From NCBI GenBank assembly GCA_963707025.1, contig CAVPOM010000004.1, positions 736,001 to 800,000 on the forward strand: a DNA stretch of 64,000 bases, in the 5' to 3' direction. Source of the DNA: an uncultured Verrucomicrobiae bacterium (lineage in GTDB: Bacteria; Verrucomicrobiota; Verrucomicrobiia; Limisphaerales; Palsa-1400). The notes under the pieces are model-generated. The model saw only the letters and a list, made by a program, of their open reading frames with translations, made no database searches and had not been told where the DNA came from. Position 1 is the first letter of the stretch; each line of letters begins with the position of its first letter. Shown here piece after piece: positions 35,849 through 45,915 of this stretch. Made by a program: the position numbers and the translations under genes.

Positions 35849-36956
35849 TGTCCTGCAAAATGGCCAGGCCGGATTCGACGGCCTTTTTGACCTGGGTGGC
35901 GCGGGCCACAGCCGTGTCGGAAGTTTCGCCGCGGAAGGTGGTCATGGTGGTTTTGAGGGCGGCGATGACTTCTCCATTGCGGTCGCGCAACGGCAGGGTC
36001 ACCTCCACCGAGTCGGTCTGCTTGAGATAGAAGATGCGGCCATTGGCGATGACATCCGCCTCCGTTTTGCCGCCGGGCGATCCCAGGTCGGGGTCCATGC
36101 CATCGGCCACCACCACGGGCATGGGGGAGTTCTTCAGGGCATAGACTTTCAAGCCAAGGAGACGGGAGTTCTTTTTCATCACCTCAGCCACGACCGTCTG
36201 GATCAACGGCACGCGCGCCGTGTACTCAATCCGGGTATCGGCAAAGTAAGCAACCGTGTCGCCCGCCGTCCAAAAGCCGGTCTTGCCGGCGGCAAAAGTG
36301 CTGTCGTTGACCGCGATATCGTTGGTGGGGTCGCCGGGCCGAACCGGAGGAATCATAAGTTTTCCATTCAAAAAGCCGCGGATGCTGTTGCCGGCGCATT
36401 CCAACCGCAATTCCTGCCAGCCATCCTGCGCAATGGGGAGTTGCACGCCGATGCCCTGGGCATCGTAGCGGACGCCGCGCACCACGCGGTACCAGAGCAG
36501 GTTTCCCCGGGTGCTGGCGCGGAGGAGATAATAATTGTTTTCGTCCTGGACGCGAAAGGCGATGCCGGCCTCGGGCGCGGTGGTGCCGCTGACGATCTTG
36601 AAGCGGGTTGTCAAGGTGAAATTGGCGAAGGTTTCATTGGTGAAGAGCAAGAGCGGGGAATGGCTGGCGGCGGGGTCCGGGGAAGAGCCGGCCAGAACGG
36701 TGAGTTTGGCGGTGGCCACCGGGGAGTTGGGCAGGTTGGTCAGGAGGGGCGTCATGGCCAGGGCGACCGGGACGTCCATGACCTTCCAAACGCCCGGCCG
36801 GCCGGGTCCCGATACCAGGCTGGTGAAGCCCGGGGGAATCCGGCCGGCCTGGAATTGGCCGAAATCAAATTTTATTTCCGCGGCGGAGGCCAGGAGCGCC
36901 GCCCCGCCCAGGAGGGAGGGGAGGATGAAACGGGTGATCCGGGCCGCGCGGCTCAT
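35838..36956 (-). CDS. Secreted protein with DUF1080/ConA-like domain plus C-terminal extension
   Basis: Signal peptide; AGIAFRVQDENNYY, WQELRLEC, DSTFAAGKTGFW. Confidence 0.6.
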   Translation of the reverse strand: MSRAARITRFILPSLLGGAALLASAAEIKFDFGQFQAGRIPPGFTSLVSGPGRPGVWKVMDVPVALAMTPLLTNLPNSPVATAKLTVLAGSSPDPAASHSPLLLFTNETFANFTLTTRFKIVSGTTAPEAGIAFRVQDENNYYLLRASTRGNLLWYRVVRGVRYDAQGIGVQLPIAQDGWQELRLECAGNSIRGFLNGKLMIPPVRPGDPTNDIAVNDSTFAAGKTGFWTAGDTVAYFADTRIEYTARVPLIQTVVAEVMKKNSRLLGLKVYALKNSPMPVVVADGMDPDLGSPGGKTEADVIANGRIFYLKQTDSVEVTLPLRDRNGEVIAALKTTMTTFRGETSDTAVARATQVKKAVESGLAILQDINE

Positions 36957-38828
36957 TCAGTAAACCATGTCCGCCACGGTGCGGTTGGCCGGGATGAAGG
37001 GGATGACATGCTCGGTGTAGGGACAAATCACGTCCAGCAGGAAGGGCTGGTCGGAATCGAGCATGCGCTGGATGGCGGGGCGCAGGTCTTTTTTATACAT
37101 GACGCGCTCGGCGGGGACGTTGAAGCTCAGAGCCATGGCCACGTAATCGGGGTAAATCTGGCGGCGGCGCTCGGGATCGCCCAGGTAGGTGTGGCCGCGG
37201 TTGCCCTGATAGAAGTTGTCCTCCCATTGCACGACCATGCCCAGGTGCTGGTTGTTCAGGATCATGACCTTGGCGGCGATCTTTTCAATGTGGGCGGTGG
37301 CCAGTTCCTGCACGTTCATGAGGAAGGAGCCGTCGCCGTCAATGTCAATGACCTGCTGGTCCGGGAAGGCCACCTTGGCGCCCAGGGCGGCGGGAAAGCC
37401 AAAACCCATCGAGCCCAGCCCGGCGCTGGTGAGGAACTGGCGCGGGCGGTTGAATTTGTAAAACTGGCCGGCCCACATCTGATGCTGGCCCACTCCGGTG
37501 GTGATGATGGCTTCGCCGCGGGTCAATTGGTAAAGCTGCTCAATCGCCATTTGCGGGAGGATCACTTCGCTTTCCCGGCCCTGCAGATGGTCGCGCATGT
37601 GCTCGGATTGGGCGACCTCGTCGGTGACGCCGTAGTGAAAGGGCGCGCGTTGTTTCCACTCGGCGATTTGGGCGTGCCAGGCGGAAAACTTTTTCTGGAT
37701 GGGGCGCTGGCGGATCATGCCGTTCAGGCGCGCCAGGGCGTCCTTGATGTCGCTCTGCACGGCGAGGTGGACCTTGCGGTTTTTCTGGTGCTCGGATTGG
37801 TCAATATCAACGTGGACGATGGTTCCGTGCTTGCAGAACTCGTCCACCTTGCCGGTGACGCGGTCGTCGAAGCGCACCCCAAAGGCCAGGAGCAAATCGG
37901 CGCCCGGCTTGAGTTGGACCAGGGGCTGGTCCGGGGTCTTGCGCGGCTGGAATTCGCCGCTGACGGCCCAATTGGCGAAGGCGGCGCCATGCATGCCCAG
38001 CCAGCGCAGGGACAGTTCATCGGTTTCGGGGAAGGCCCCGCAACCCATGATGGTAGTGGTGACGGGAATTTGGGTGGCCTGGACAAACTGCCGCAGCTCG
38101 GCCGAGGCGTTGCCCGTGATGATGCCGCCGCCGCAATAAAGGACGGGCCGCTCCGCCTTTTCGATCAAGCCGATGATTTCGTTGAGGGCCAGATCGTCGG
38201 CCCGCTTGACGGGATCATAGCCGCGGAGATGGATTTGGGCGGGCCAGACGGGCTGAGTTTTGCTCTGCTGCAAATTCTTGGGAAAATCAATCAGGACCGG
38301 GCCGGGCCGGCCGGAGCGGGCGATGGCGAAGGCCTCCTTGACGATGCGGGGAATGTCGTTGACATCGGTGATGAGATAACTGTGTTTGACGACGGGGAGG
38401 GTCATGCCGAAAATGTCGGTCTCCTGGAAGGCGCCTTTGCCGATCATGGCCTGGGTCACCTGGCCGGTGATGGCGATCAGCGGGACGGAATCCATGTAAG
38501 CATCGGCGATGCCAGTGACGAGGTTGGTGGCGCCCGGCCCGCTGGTGGCCATGCAGACGCCCGCCCGGCCCGTGGCGCGGGCGTAACCGCCGGCGGCGAA
38601 GGCTCCGCCCTGCTCATGGCGGGGCAAAACGGTGCGGATGGCGGAGCGGGTGAGGGCTTGATGGATTTCCATGCTGGCCCCGCCGGGATAGGCGAAGACA
38701 CATTCCACCCCTTCGCGTTCCAAGGCCCGGACCAGGATGTCGCTGCCCGGCATGACCTGGCCCAGTTCCGGGCGGGGGGCGGCCTTTTTTGGCGTCGTTC
38801 GTTTTGCGTTGGCGATCTTTGTGCTCAT
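36957..38828 (-). CDS. ilvB: Acetolactate synthase large subunit
   Basis: FAYPGGA, RHEQG, TSGPGATN, GVGQHQMW, DGDGSFLMN, NNQHLGMVVQWE. Confidence 0.95.
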   Translation of the reverse strand: MSTKIANAKRTTPKKAAPRPELGQVMPGSDILVRALEREGVECVFAYPGGASMEIHQALTRSAIRTVLPRHEQGGAFAAGGYARATGRAGVCMATSGPGATNLVTGIADAYMDSVPLIAITGQVTQAMIGKGAFQETDIFGMTLPVVKHSYLITDVNDIPRIVKEAFAIARSGRPGPVLIDFPKNLQQSKTQPVWPAQIHLRGYDPVKRADDLALNEIIGLIEKAERPVLYCGGGIITGNASAELRQFVQATQIPVTTTIMGCGAFPETDELSLRWLGMHGAAFANWAVSGEFQPRKTPDQPLVQLKPGADLLLAFGVRFDDRVTGKVDEFCKHGTIVHVDIDQSEHQKNRKVHLAVQSDIKDALARLNGMIRQRPIQKKFSAWHAQIAEWKQRAPFHYGVTDEVAQSEHMRDHLQGRESEVILPQMAIEQLYQLTRGEAIITTGVGQHQMWAGQFYKFNRPRQFLTSAGLGSMGFGFPAALGAKVAFPDQQVIDIDGDGSFLMNVQELATAHIEKIAAKVMILNNQHLGMVVQWEDNFYQGNRGHTYLGDPERRRQIYPDYVAMALSFNVPAERVMYKKDLRPAIQRMLDSDQPFLLDVICPYTEHVIPFIPANRTVADMVY

Positions 38829-38864
38829 ATATTTACGTGTGACTGGCGGCCGCGGCTAATGACC

Positions 38865-38896
38865 AAAAAACCCACGACCGTTGCCAGCCGTGGGTT
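38865..38896 (-). terminator. Attenuator terminator upstream of ilvB
   Basis: Minus strand AACCCACGGC-loop-GTCGTGGGTT running into a T-run. Confidence 0.8.
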
Positions 38897-38912
38897 CTTG
38901 TCAAAAATTGCT

Positions 38913-38999
38913 TCAGGCGCGACAAGTCCCGGCGGCAGGGCCGTCCGTTACGACGACCACCACAGAACCGATATCGCCCAGCAGCGCATTCATTAACAT
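38913..38999 (-). CDS. ilv attenuator leader peptide (28 aa)
   Basis: MLMNALLGDIGSVVVVVTDGPAAGTCRA*: five consecutive Val plus Leu/Ile; stop 16 nt before the terminator. Confidence 0.85.
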   Translation of the reverse strand: MLMNALLGDIGSVVVVVTDGPAAGTCRA

Positions 39000-39006
39000 A
39001 CTGCCA

Positions 39007-39035
39007 AGGATAAGGGGAGGGGCCGGGGAGGTCAA
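39007..39035 (-). promoter_or_regulatory. Putative sigma70 promoter of ilv leader
   Basis: TTGACC-17-TATCCT, 7 nt before the leader ATG. Confidence 0.6.
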
Positions 39036-39119
39036 GCGCGGATTTTAGGGTCATGATTTGGAGGCGGAGCCTCAATCTTGACATGCTACCGCCATACAAT
39101 GACATTCCTCTTGAATGTT

Positions 39120-39443
39120 ATGAGCAAAAGCAAAGCCCGACTCGACCCGGTTCATCCGGGCGACGTGCTCCGCGAGGATTTTATGAAGCCGCTGGGCCTG
39201 TCTTCCTACGCGGTGGCCAAGGCCATCGGGAGCACGCCCATTGCCATCAGCGAAATCATCCGGCGCAAGCGCGCGGTGAGCGCGAAAATGGCCCTCAAGC
39301 TGGGACGGCTCTTCAACGTCTCGCCAGAAGTGTGGATGGGCATTCAGGCCGACTACGATCTGGAAATCGCCCGCCAGCGCAGCGAAGCCGGCATTTTCCG
39401 GCGGGTGCATCCGCTCAAGGTGAGCGAACCGGTTGTGGCGTGA
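39120..39443 (+). CDS. higA: HigA family antitoxin (orphan)
   Basis: PVHPGDVLREDFMKPLGLS...WMGIQADYDL. Confidence 0.85.
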   Translation: MSKSKARLDPVHPGDVLREDFMKPLGLSSYAVAKAIGSTPIAISEIIRRKRAVSAKMALKLGRLFNVSPEVWMGIQADYDLEIARQRSEAGIFRRVHPLKVSEPVVA

Positions 39444-39504
39444 AGGCGCCAGGGCAAGTCGGACCGCGCACGCCATGATAACTACTTGGAAGTGGATGGC
39501 CAAT

Positions 39505-40245
39505 TTAAGGCTTGGCGGCCGGTTCTTTCATGCGCTTGGCCACGATCTCGGTGGTGGCAAAATCGCCCACTTTGCGGGTGAGCTTGATTTCGTCGCCGGC
39601 GACTTTGCCGGTGTAGTCAATGTCAATGTCCTGGTCCTGAATCTTGAGCGGTTCGGTGAAGGAGATGTCGCTGCCGGTCACTTTTCCTTTGATCTCGGTT
39701 ATCGTTTTTTGGTCTTCCACTTCGCGGGTGGCTTTGCCGGTGAGCTTGTCGCCGTCGAGCTTGAATTCGTAAGTGTATTTTTGGTGGCCGACCTGGCTGT
39801 CGAACTCGGACTGCCACTTGCCCGTCACGGCCACGGCGGAGGCCGGAGCGGCTTCCTTCTCGCGTTTGGCGACGATTTCATTGCTGCCGAAATCGCCGAC
39901 CTTGCGCGTGAATTTGATTTCATCGCCGGCGACCTTGCCGCTGTATTCGATGCGCAGGTCGTCCTGGTCTGGGTTCTTGACGATTTCGACGAAGGAAATC
40001 TCGTCGCCCTTGATTTTGCCGTCCTGGACCGCGTTGGTGGCTTTTTCGCCGTCCCGGTCGCGGAAGCATTTGCCGGTGAGCTTGTCGCCGTCGGCCTTGA
40101 ATTCGTAGGTGTATTTCATCTGGCTGTCCTGGACTTGAAATTCGGCTTTCCACCGGCCGTTGACATCGGCGGCGCGGAGCGGGCCGGACAGGCCGAGGAC
40201 CAGGGTGGCGGCGAGAATTGCTTTTGAGAGAGTCATTGAGTTCAT
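39505..40245 (-). CDS. Secreted protein with two tandem ~100-aa beta domains
   Basis: GxW...KYTYEFKxDGDKLTGK...YxGKVAGDEIKxTRKVGDF occurs twice. Confidence 0.75.
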   Translation of the reverse strand: MNSMTLSKAILAATLVLGLSGPLRAADVNGRWKAEFQVQDSQMKYTYEFKADGDKLTGKCFRDRDGEKATNAVQDGKIKGDEISFVEIVKNPDQDDLRIEYSGKVAGDEIKFTRKVGDFGSNEIVAKREKEAAPASAVAVTGKWQSEFDSQVGHQKYTYEFKLDGDKLTGKATREVEDQKTITEIKGKVTGSDISFTEPLKIQDQDIDIDYTGKVAGDEIKLTRKVGDFATTEIVAKRMKEPAAKP

Positions 40246-40306
40246 AGGCATTTTTTGATTGAACTGGGTTGCGGGAATTCTTCCCCCGCTGGCCGGAAAA
40301 AGTCAA

Positions 40307-41239
40307 TCATGGATCGGCGGCCGCCAGGAAATCCTGGTAAGCGCGGGCCAGGCCGGTGGGGAGATCAATCTTGGGTTTCCAACCCAGGGCAAAAATGCGC
40401 GAGCTGTCCAGCAGTTTGCGCGGGGTGCCGTCGGGTTTGGAGGTGTCCCAGACGATTTCGCCCTGGAAACCGGTGACGCGTTGGACCAGCCCGGCCAATT
40501 CCCGGATGCTCAGGTCGCTGCCGCAGCCGACGTTGATGGGTTGTTCGTCGCTATAGTGCTGCATGAGAAAAACACAGGCGGCGGCCAGGTCGTCGGCGTG
40601 GAGGAACTCGCGCAAGGGCGCGCCCGTGCCCCAGCAGGTGGCGGAGGGGGCGCGGGAGCTTGTGGCTTCGTGAAACTTGCGGAGCAGGGCCGGCAGGACA
40701 TGGGAGGTCTGCAAACCGTAGTGGTCGTTGCTTCCGTAAAGATTGGCCGGCATGGCGCAGATGAAATCGGAACCGTGCTGGCGGCGGCAGGCCTGGCAAA
40801 GTTTGAGGCCGGCAATTTTGGCGATGGCATACCATTGGTTGGTCGGCTCCAGCGGGCCGGTCAGAAGATATTCCTCCTTGAGCGGCTGGGGGGCGAGCCT
40901 GGGATAAATGCAGGAGCTGCCCAGGAAGAGCAGTTTGGCGACGCCCGAGCGCCGCGCATTTTCGATGAGGTTGTTTTGAATCTGGAGATTTTCCAAAAGA
41001 AATTCGGCGGGCTGATTGTGGTTGGCGAGAATGCCGCCCACTTTGGCGGCGGCGATGAAGACATATTCCGGTTGTTCAGCGGCGAAGAATTTTTGGACGG
41101 CAGCGGCATCGAGCAAGTCGAGTTCGCGGCGGGTCTTGCCCAGCAAGCGTTTAAAGCCCTGGCGTTGCAGTTCGCGCCATAAGGCGCTTCCGACCAGCCC
41201 GCCGTGGCCGGCGACATAGATTCGTGCATCCTGCTTCAT
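40307..41239 (-). CDS. fcl: GDP-L-fucose synthase
   Basis: [41 protein letters not shown]. Confidence 0.95.
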   Translation of the reverse strand: MKQDARIYVAGHGGLVGSALWRELQRQGFKRLLGKTRRELDLLDAAAVQKFFAAEQPEYVFIAAAKVGGILANHNQPAEFLLENLQIQNNLIENARRSGVAKLLFLGSSCIYPRLAPQPLKEEYLLTGPLEPTNQWYAIAKIAGLKLCQACRRQHGSDFICAMPANLYGSNDHYGLQTSHVLPALLRKFHEATSSRAPSATCWGTGAPLREFLHADDLAAACVFLMQHYSDEQPINVGCGSDLSIRELAGLVQRVTGFQGEIVWDTSKPDGTPRKLLDSSRIFALGWKPKIDLPTGLARAYQDFLAAADP

Positions 41240-41541
41240 AGGCCAAGCATCGCGGTGTGCCGTGTGGCGCGCCGCGACGGCATGCCAAAGTGCCGTGCCG
41301 GCCGGAAATTAACCATGAAAAAGCAACGGCGACGATTTATTCTTTAAAAGAGATCGAGATTCAGGTTAGGATTAAGAACGGGAGACCGCCACCCCGGAAA
41401 GTGACCTGCGTCCGCGGGGGAAAAGTGGGGAAACGGGGGCTGGACATCCGGGGACTGGTGTGGTAGTCATTTCAGTTCTGTTCGAAAACAACGGTAGATA
41501 AGGGCGGGCCGCTGGCTCGCTGCAACCTAGCGCAACTACAA

Positions 41542-42591
41542 ATGAAATTCAGACCTATCTCTCTTTTAATGGCGGGGCTGCTGTCGTCTGGGGCCATGGC
41601 CCAGCCGGCGGCCGTCCCTCCTGCCAACGCCAACCCCGCGCCCGCGCATCCCACCCTGGCCCCGCCCGCCGAGGTCAAGCCGGCAGTGGCGCCGGACAAG
41701 GGGCAACTGAGCGATGCGGTGGGTGTTTATTACGCCAACAACATGAAAAACGATCTCATGGGCAAACTCGGCCTGGAACCGAAGGTGGACCTGGATCTGG
41801 ACAGGCTTTTCGCCGCGTATTCAAATGTGCTGGCCGGTTCTGCAACGACCCTGAATACCCAGGAAGCCATTAAGGTCCTGCAGCAGCAGCAGGCGTATGA
41901 GAAGGGAAGGGTTCAGGAGGAGGTCAAGAAGATAACGGCGATGGGGCCGGAGAACAAGGCCAAAGGCGAAAAATTCATGGACGACATCGAAAAGGCGCCC
42001 GGGGTGACCAAGTTGGCCAGCGGCTTGGTCTATAAGGTGATCAAAGAGGGCGAGGGCGTGAAACCGGCGGCGACGGACATGGCGACGGTAAGTTTCCGCG
42101 CCACGCTGGTGGATGGCACGGAGGTCTGGAAGATGGAACACGCCTCCATCCCTGTGACCCATCAGTTGATACCCCCGGGGGTGACGGAAGCGCTGACCCT
42201 GATGAAAGCCGGCTCGCATTGGACGGTCTATCTTCCCTACCCCCAGGCTTATGGCGAGAAGCCGGGCATCTCCGATCCAAAACGCGGGTTCAAGGTCGGC
42301 CCGTTCTCCGCGCTGATTTTTGACCTGGAATTGGAGTCGGTCCAACCCAGGCCGGCCCCGCCCGCTGGGGCACCAGCGGGGATGCGGTCCGGCGGGCCGA
42401 TGACCATGCCGCCCGGCACCCCAGTCACGCCGCCGGTCACCACCGTTTCGCCGCCGGTCACCAGTTCTTCCATCGTGCGCGTGCCCTCTGCCGAAGAGAT
42501 GCAGAGGGGCGAGAAACCCCGAGTCATGACCGACGCGGAGATAGAGGCGGCGAAGAAGGCGGCGCAAACCAACGCACCCGCTCCGAAGTGA
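41542..42591 (+). CDS. FKBP-type peptidyl-prolyl isomerase (FkpA/Mip-like), divergent
   Basis: LASGLVYKVIKEGEG, GVTEALTLMKAG, AYG, ALIFDLEL; Pro-rich tails. Confidence 0.8.
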   Translation: MKFRPISLLMAGLLSSGAMAQPAAVPPANANPAPAHPTLAPPAEVKPAVAPDKGQLSDAVGVYYANNMKNDLMGKLGLEPKVDLDLDRLFAAYSNVLAGSATTLNTQEAIKVLQQQQAYEKGRVQEEVKKITAMGPENKAKGEKFMDDIEKAPGVTKLASGLVYKVIKEGEGVKPAATDMATVSFRATLVDGTEVWKMEHASIPVTHQLIPPGVTEALTLMKAGSHWTVYLPYPQAYGEKPGISDPKRGFKVGPFSALIFDLELESVQPRPAPPAGAPAGMRSGGPMTMPPGTPVTPPVTTVSPPVTSSSIVRVPSAEEMQRGEKPRVMTDAEIEAAKKAAQTNAPAPK

Positions 42592-42686
42592 GCGGCGGCT
42601 GGCGTCTGCCCGATGCTTGACACTCCGCGTCCGGGTTGTCAATTTCTACTGCCCGCCCTACCAACCAAGACTGGACGCCTCTCCCG

Positions 42687-44006
42687 CTATTTCGGCGGGG
42701 CGGCGGGCGCGGTGTTGGTGACAGCCAACGCGGTGTTGGTGGCGGGCGCGGCGATGTTGGTGGCGGGCGCGGCGATGTTGGTGGCGGGCGGCACGTCCAA
42801 AAGGCCGGGCATTTCCGCGTCCGGCTTGGACCGGCCGGGCGGCTCGGCGCCGGTTTTTGCGGCGGGGGTTTCTTCTTTTTTATCAACGAAAAGTTGGGAG
42901 CGGTCGCGGATCAAGGGGTCCACCAAACTGGGAGTGACCAGGTAAACCCACTGGGCGAAGGACTTTTCCTTGGCGAGCTTGTCCTTCAGTTCCTTGGTTT
43001 TGTCCTGGAATTCCTTGTCCAGTTTTTGTTTGTCCTCGGGTTTTTCATCCTTGCCGGCGGCGCGCTCGGCGGGGATGTCGGCGGCCACGGCTACTGTCAA
43101 GTATAAATTATTCTCGGGCGTCTTGCCCCCAACCTTCAGGTTGTAGGTGAAATGGTCGAAGGTGCCCAGCGTCACGGCCAGGGGGTGGTCCAGGCCGGTC
43201 ACGGCGGGGGCGGTGTTGGAGGCGACGTCCACGAAGCTGGCGTAGCTGAGGGTGCCGGCCAGGGAGGAGACCTTGTTGGAATCGAGCACCTCGCCGGCGT
43301 TGGTGGCGGCCAGGACCCAGGGGGCGGACTCGGATTCGCGGGTGAGTTTCCAGGAATTGGTCGCGTTGGTGGAGACGAGGGAGACGGATTGAAGCTTGTC
43401 AATTTTGAAGAAATCGCGGTCCAGCCAGGATTCGGGGTTGACCTCGATGGAGTCCAACGTGTCGGAGACGAGAAGAAGGTCTTTGGGGTCATTGGAGAGC
43501 AGGAGGTAGCGGCCATCGGGATATTCACCGCCGCCGCCAAAAGGGGATGGGCTGGTGGATTGTTGGGTGTGTTTTTTGCCGAGGAGAAAGGATTGGATGG
43601 TTTTGCCCTGTTTGTCCATAAACTCGACCAGCGTGCCGGAGTTGGTCCCTTTGCCGGGCGGCTCCAGTTCCATGCGGCCCAGTTGGGAGGGGCCGATGGT
43701 CTCGGACTGGGAAATTTTCAGGTCGAGCATTTTAATGAGCAAGTCGCGGATTTGGGAGAGGTTGGCGGGATAATCGGCCCGTTCCTGCACGCCCCAGACG
43801 CCGTCTTTGGCGGCCAGGTGGAGGTCGGAGGCGGCTTTGACGTGGATGGTGGCGACGTCGTTGAGGGGGAAGTCGGGGAAAAGCTTCTGGCCCATCTTGC
43901 CCTGGGGCCGGGACCAGGAGCTGTCTTTGTGGTTCATCAAAACCAAACCCGCGCCACCCAGAATGACGAGCGCGAGGAAAATCAGGATCAATTGTTTGCG
44001 ATTCAT
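42687..44006 (-). CDS. DUF4340-like membrane-anchored protein
   Basis: N-terminal TM, last gene of Gld-like ABC operon; PATNIAA repeats at the C-terminus. Confidence 0.7.
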   Translation of the reverse strand: MNRKQLILIFLALVILGGAGLVLMNHKDSSWSRPQGKMGQKLFPDFPLNDVATIHVKAASDLHLAAKDGVWGVQERADYPANLSQIRDLLIKMLDLKISQSETIGPSQLGRMELEPPGKGTNSGTLVEFMDKQGKTIQSFLLGKKHTQQSTSPSPFGGGGEYPDGRYLLLSNDPKDLLLVSDTLDSIEVNPESWLDRDFFKIDKLQSVSLVSTNATNSWKLTRESESAPWVLAATNAGEVLDSNKVSSLAGTLSYASFVDVASNTAPAVTGLDHPLAVTLGTFDHFTYNLKVGGKTPENNLYLTVAVAADIPAERAAGKDEKPEDKQKLDKEFQDKTKELKDKLAKEKSFAQWVYLVTPSLVDPLIRDRSQLFVDKKEETPAAKTGAEPPGRSKPDAEMPGLLDVPPATNIAAPATNIAAPATNTALAVTNTAPAAPPK

Positions 44007-45901
44007 TTGGCCGCGGTTCTTTTGCGTTTCACAACAGAGAGGACAATGCCGGTCAGGGTTACCAGGGCGGGCACGGCGCCGATGTTGAGGGCCCGGATCC
44101 TGGTTTCGAGAGAGTCGGTGTCTTTGCGCAGGTTTTTCTGGACTTGCCGTGTTTGCTTCCTGTAGTCGGCCACGGCGTCCTCGAATTTCTTCAGTTCGGC
44201 GCGCTGCTCCGGGGAGAAGAAACCCTGCTGCGCGGCAGCGGGTTTGCTGGCCTGCAATTCGTTGATCTTTTGCTGGGTGGCGTTTTGCAACGTCTCCAAT
44301 TCCTTGAGTTTGTCCTGCCATTGCTTGCCGGCGTTGGCCTCCAGTGCCTGGAGCCGGGTGAAGGGGCGGTTGAGGCCGCCCCGGCTGCGGACGGCGATCA
44401 AATCGCTGTCGCCGGCCAGTTGCTCGACGGCATTGAGGAGAAGGTTGATGTTGCCGTTGACGGGTTGGGCGATGCGAAGGCTGCCCAGGTTGCCCACGCT
44501 GAAGGCAACGTTGTCGGCCAAAAAGTCGGTGTCGGCCACCAGAATGACGGCGGTGTTGGGGGATTGTTTAAGCAGGTTGGTATCCGTGGCGGCCGGCTTG
44601 GGTTCGTCCTTGCCCGGGGTGGTTTCGGGGGGCATGCCTTCGGGAAAGGCGGTTTTGAATTTGCCGGTGAGACGGAGGGCGAGGGCGTAATGGAGGCCGG
44701 TGCCTTTGAAGTCTTTGAGAATCTGTTCGCCGTTCATGCCGGCGGTGATGCTTTCCACCAATTCGGCGTTGGTGGAAGTTTGCGCCAGGACGGTTTCGGT
44801 CAGGCCCTCGGCCGGCTTGCCGGTGAAGGCGCCGGGGAAGGGGAATTCGAGGGTGTCAATCTGGCTGGTGACGGGGTCGTCTTCGTTGACGCCGGCGCGG
44901 GTGACGAGGGGAACGGTGGGCATGGCACCCTGGGGAAAGCGGACGCAAGAGCTGGCGTCGGCGACAACTTTGTTCGCGTCCATGTCCAGGCCCCAGGCTT
45001 TGAGGAGTTTGGGCAGGGAGGATTGGCCGGAGCTTTCGCCCAGGACTTGGGCCATTTGGTCGTGTTTTTGATCGAAGAAGGCGTGCGGGTCGAGAAAGGC
45101 GATCATTTTGCCGCCGCGCATGACGAATTGATCCAGGGCGAATTGGGCGGCGTCGGTGATGTCGCGCGGATGATCCACGATGAGCACCTTGATCTTGGCG
45201 TCAATATTGGTGGCGGTCATGGGAACTTCCTCCACCGTGTACTCTTTTTTAAGTTCGGAGACAAAGACGGCGGGTTGCTGGGCCTGCTGGCCCATGCGCT
45301 GGAGCATGGGATTGGGCTCTTCGCCCATGACGGGCAAGGCGCTCATGAGGCCGATGGTGGCGGGTTCCGGATTGATGACGCGGCTGATAGCGCGGGAGAT
45401 TTCGTATTCGAGCAGCCGTTCGCGGCCGGGATTGCGCGCGATGTCCAACCAGGAAGGGATGGCCACTTTGTTGTCAAGCTGGCTGATGCCCAGGCCCAGG
45501 TAAATGTGATCGCCGCCCATTTCAATGGACTGGCCTTCCACGCCGTTGAGACGGGCGGAATCCTCCGCGTCGGAATCGGGTTTGGGATCGTATTTTTCCA
45601 GGAGGATCCGGCCTTTGCCGGCCTGCTCATATTCGCCCAGGAGATCCTCGATTTCCTGGGCGTAAGGCTTGAGTTCGGGGGGCATGTCGGCCTGGCTGCA
45701 ATAATAGCGCAGGGTGACGGGGGAATCGAGTTTGCCCAGGATGTGGCGGGTGCCGGCGGAGAGGGTGTAGGCCTTTTCGGCGGTCAGATCCAGACGCGTC
45801 TTGAAGGCGCTGGTGACGACATAGAAGGCGATGAGGAGGACGAACATCGCCGCCACGCCGGCGGTGGAGTAAAGAATGGCTTCAACGTTTTTTTCCTTCA
45901 T
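44003..45901 (-). CDS. GldG-like ABC auxiliary protein
   Basis: RLDLTAEKAYTLS, LEYEISRAI, ALDQFVMRGG. Confidence 0.85.
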   Translation of the reverse strand: MKEKNVEAILYSTAGVAAMFVLLIAFYVVTSAFKTRLDLTAEKAYTLSAGTRHILGKLDSPVTLRYYCSQADMPPELKPYAQEIEDLLGEYEQAGKGRILLEKYDPKPDSDAEDSARLNGVEGQSIEMGGDHIYLGLGISQLDNKVAIPSWLDIARNPGRERLLEYEISRAISRVINPEPATIGLMSALPVMGEEPNPMLQRMGQQAQQPAVFVSELKKEYTVEEVPMTATNIDAKIKVLIVDHPRDITDAAQFALDQFVMRGGKMIAFLDPHAFFDQKHDQMAQVLGESSGQSSLPKLLKAWGLDMDANKVVADASSCVRFPQGAMPTVPLVTRAGVNEDDPVTSQIDTLEFPFPGAFTGKPAEGLTETVLAQTSTNAELVESITAGMNGEQILKDFKGTGLHYALALRLTGKFKTAFPEGMPPETTPGKDEPKPAATDTNLLKQSPNTAVILVADTDFLADNVAFSVGNLGSLRIAQPVNGNINLLLNAVEQLAGDSDLIAVRSRGGLNRPFTRLQALEANAGKQWQDKLKELETLQNATQQKINELQASKPAAAQQGFFSPEQRAELKKFEDAVADYRKQTRQVQKNLRKDTDSLETRIRALNIGAVPALVTLTGIVLSVVKRKRTAAK

Positions 45902-45915
45902 AGCTTTGGCAAATT

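Noticed and set aside
42700..42790. 21-bp repeats as a DNA element
   Set aside because: They encode a PATNIAA low-complexity tail within a CDS.
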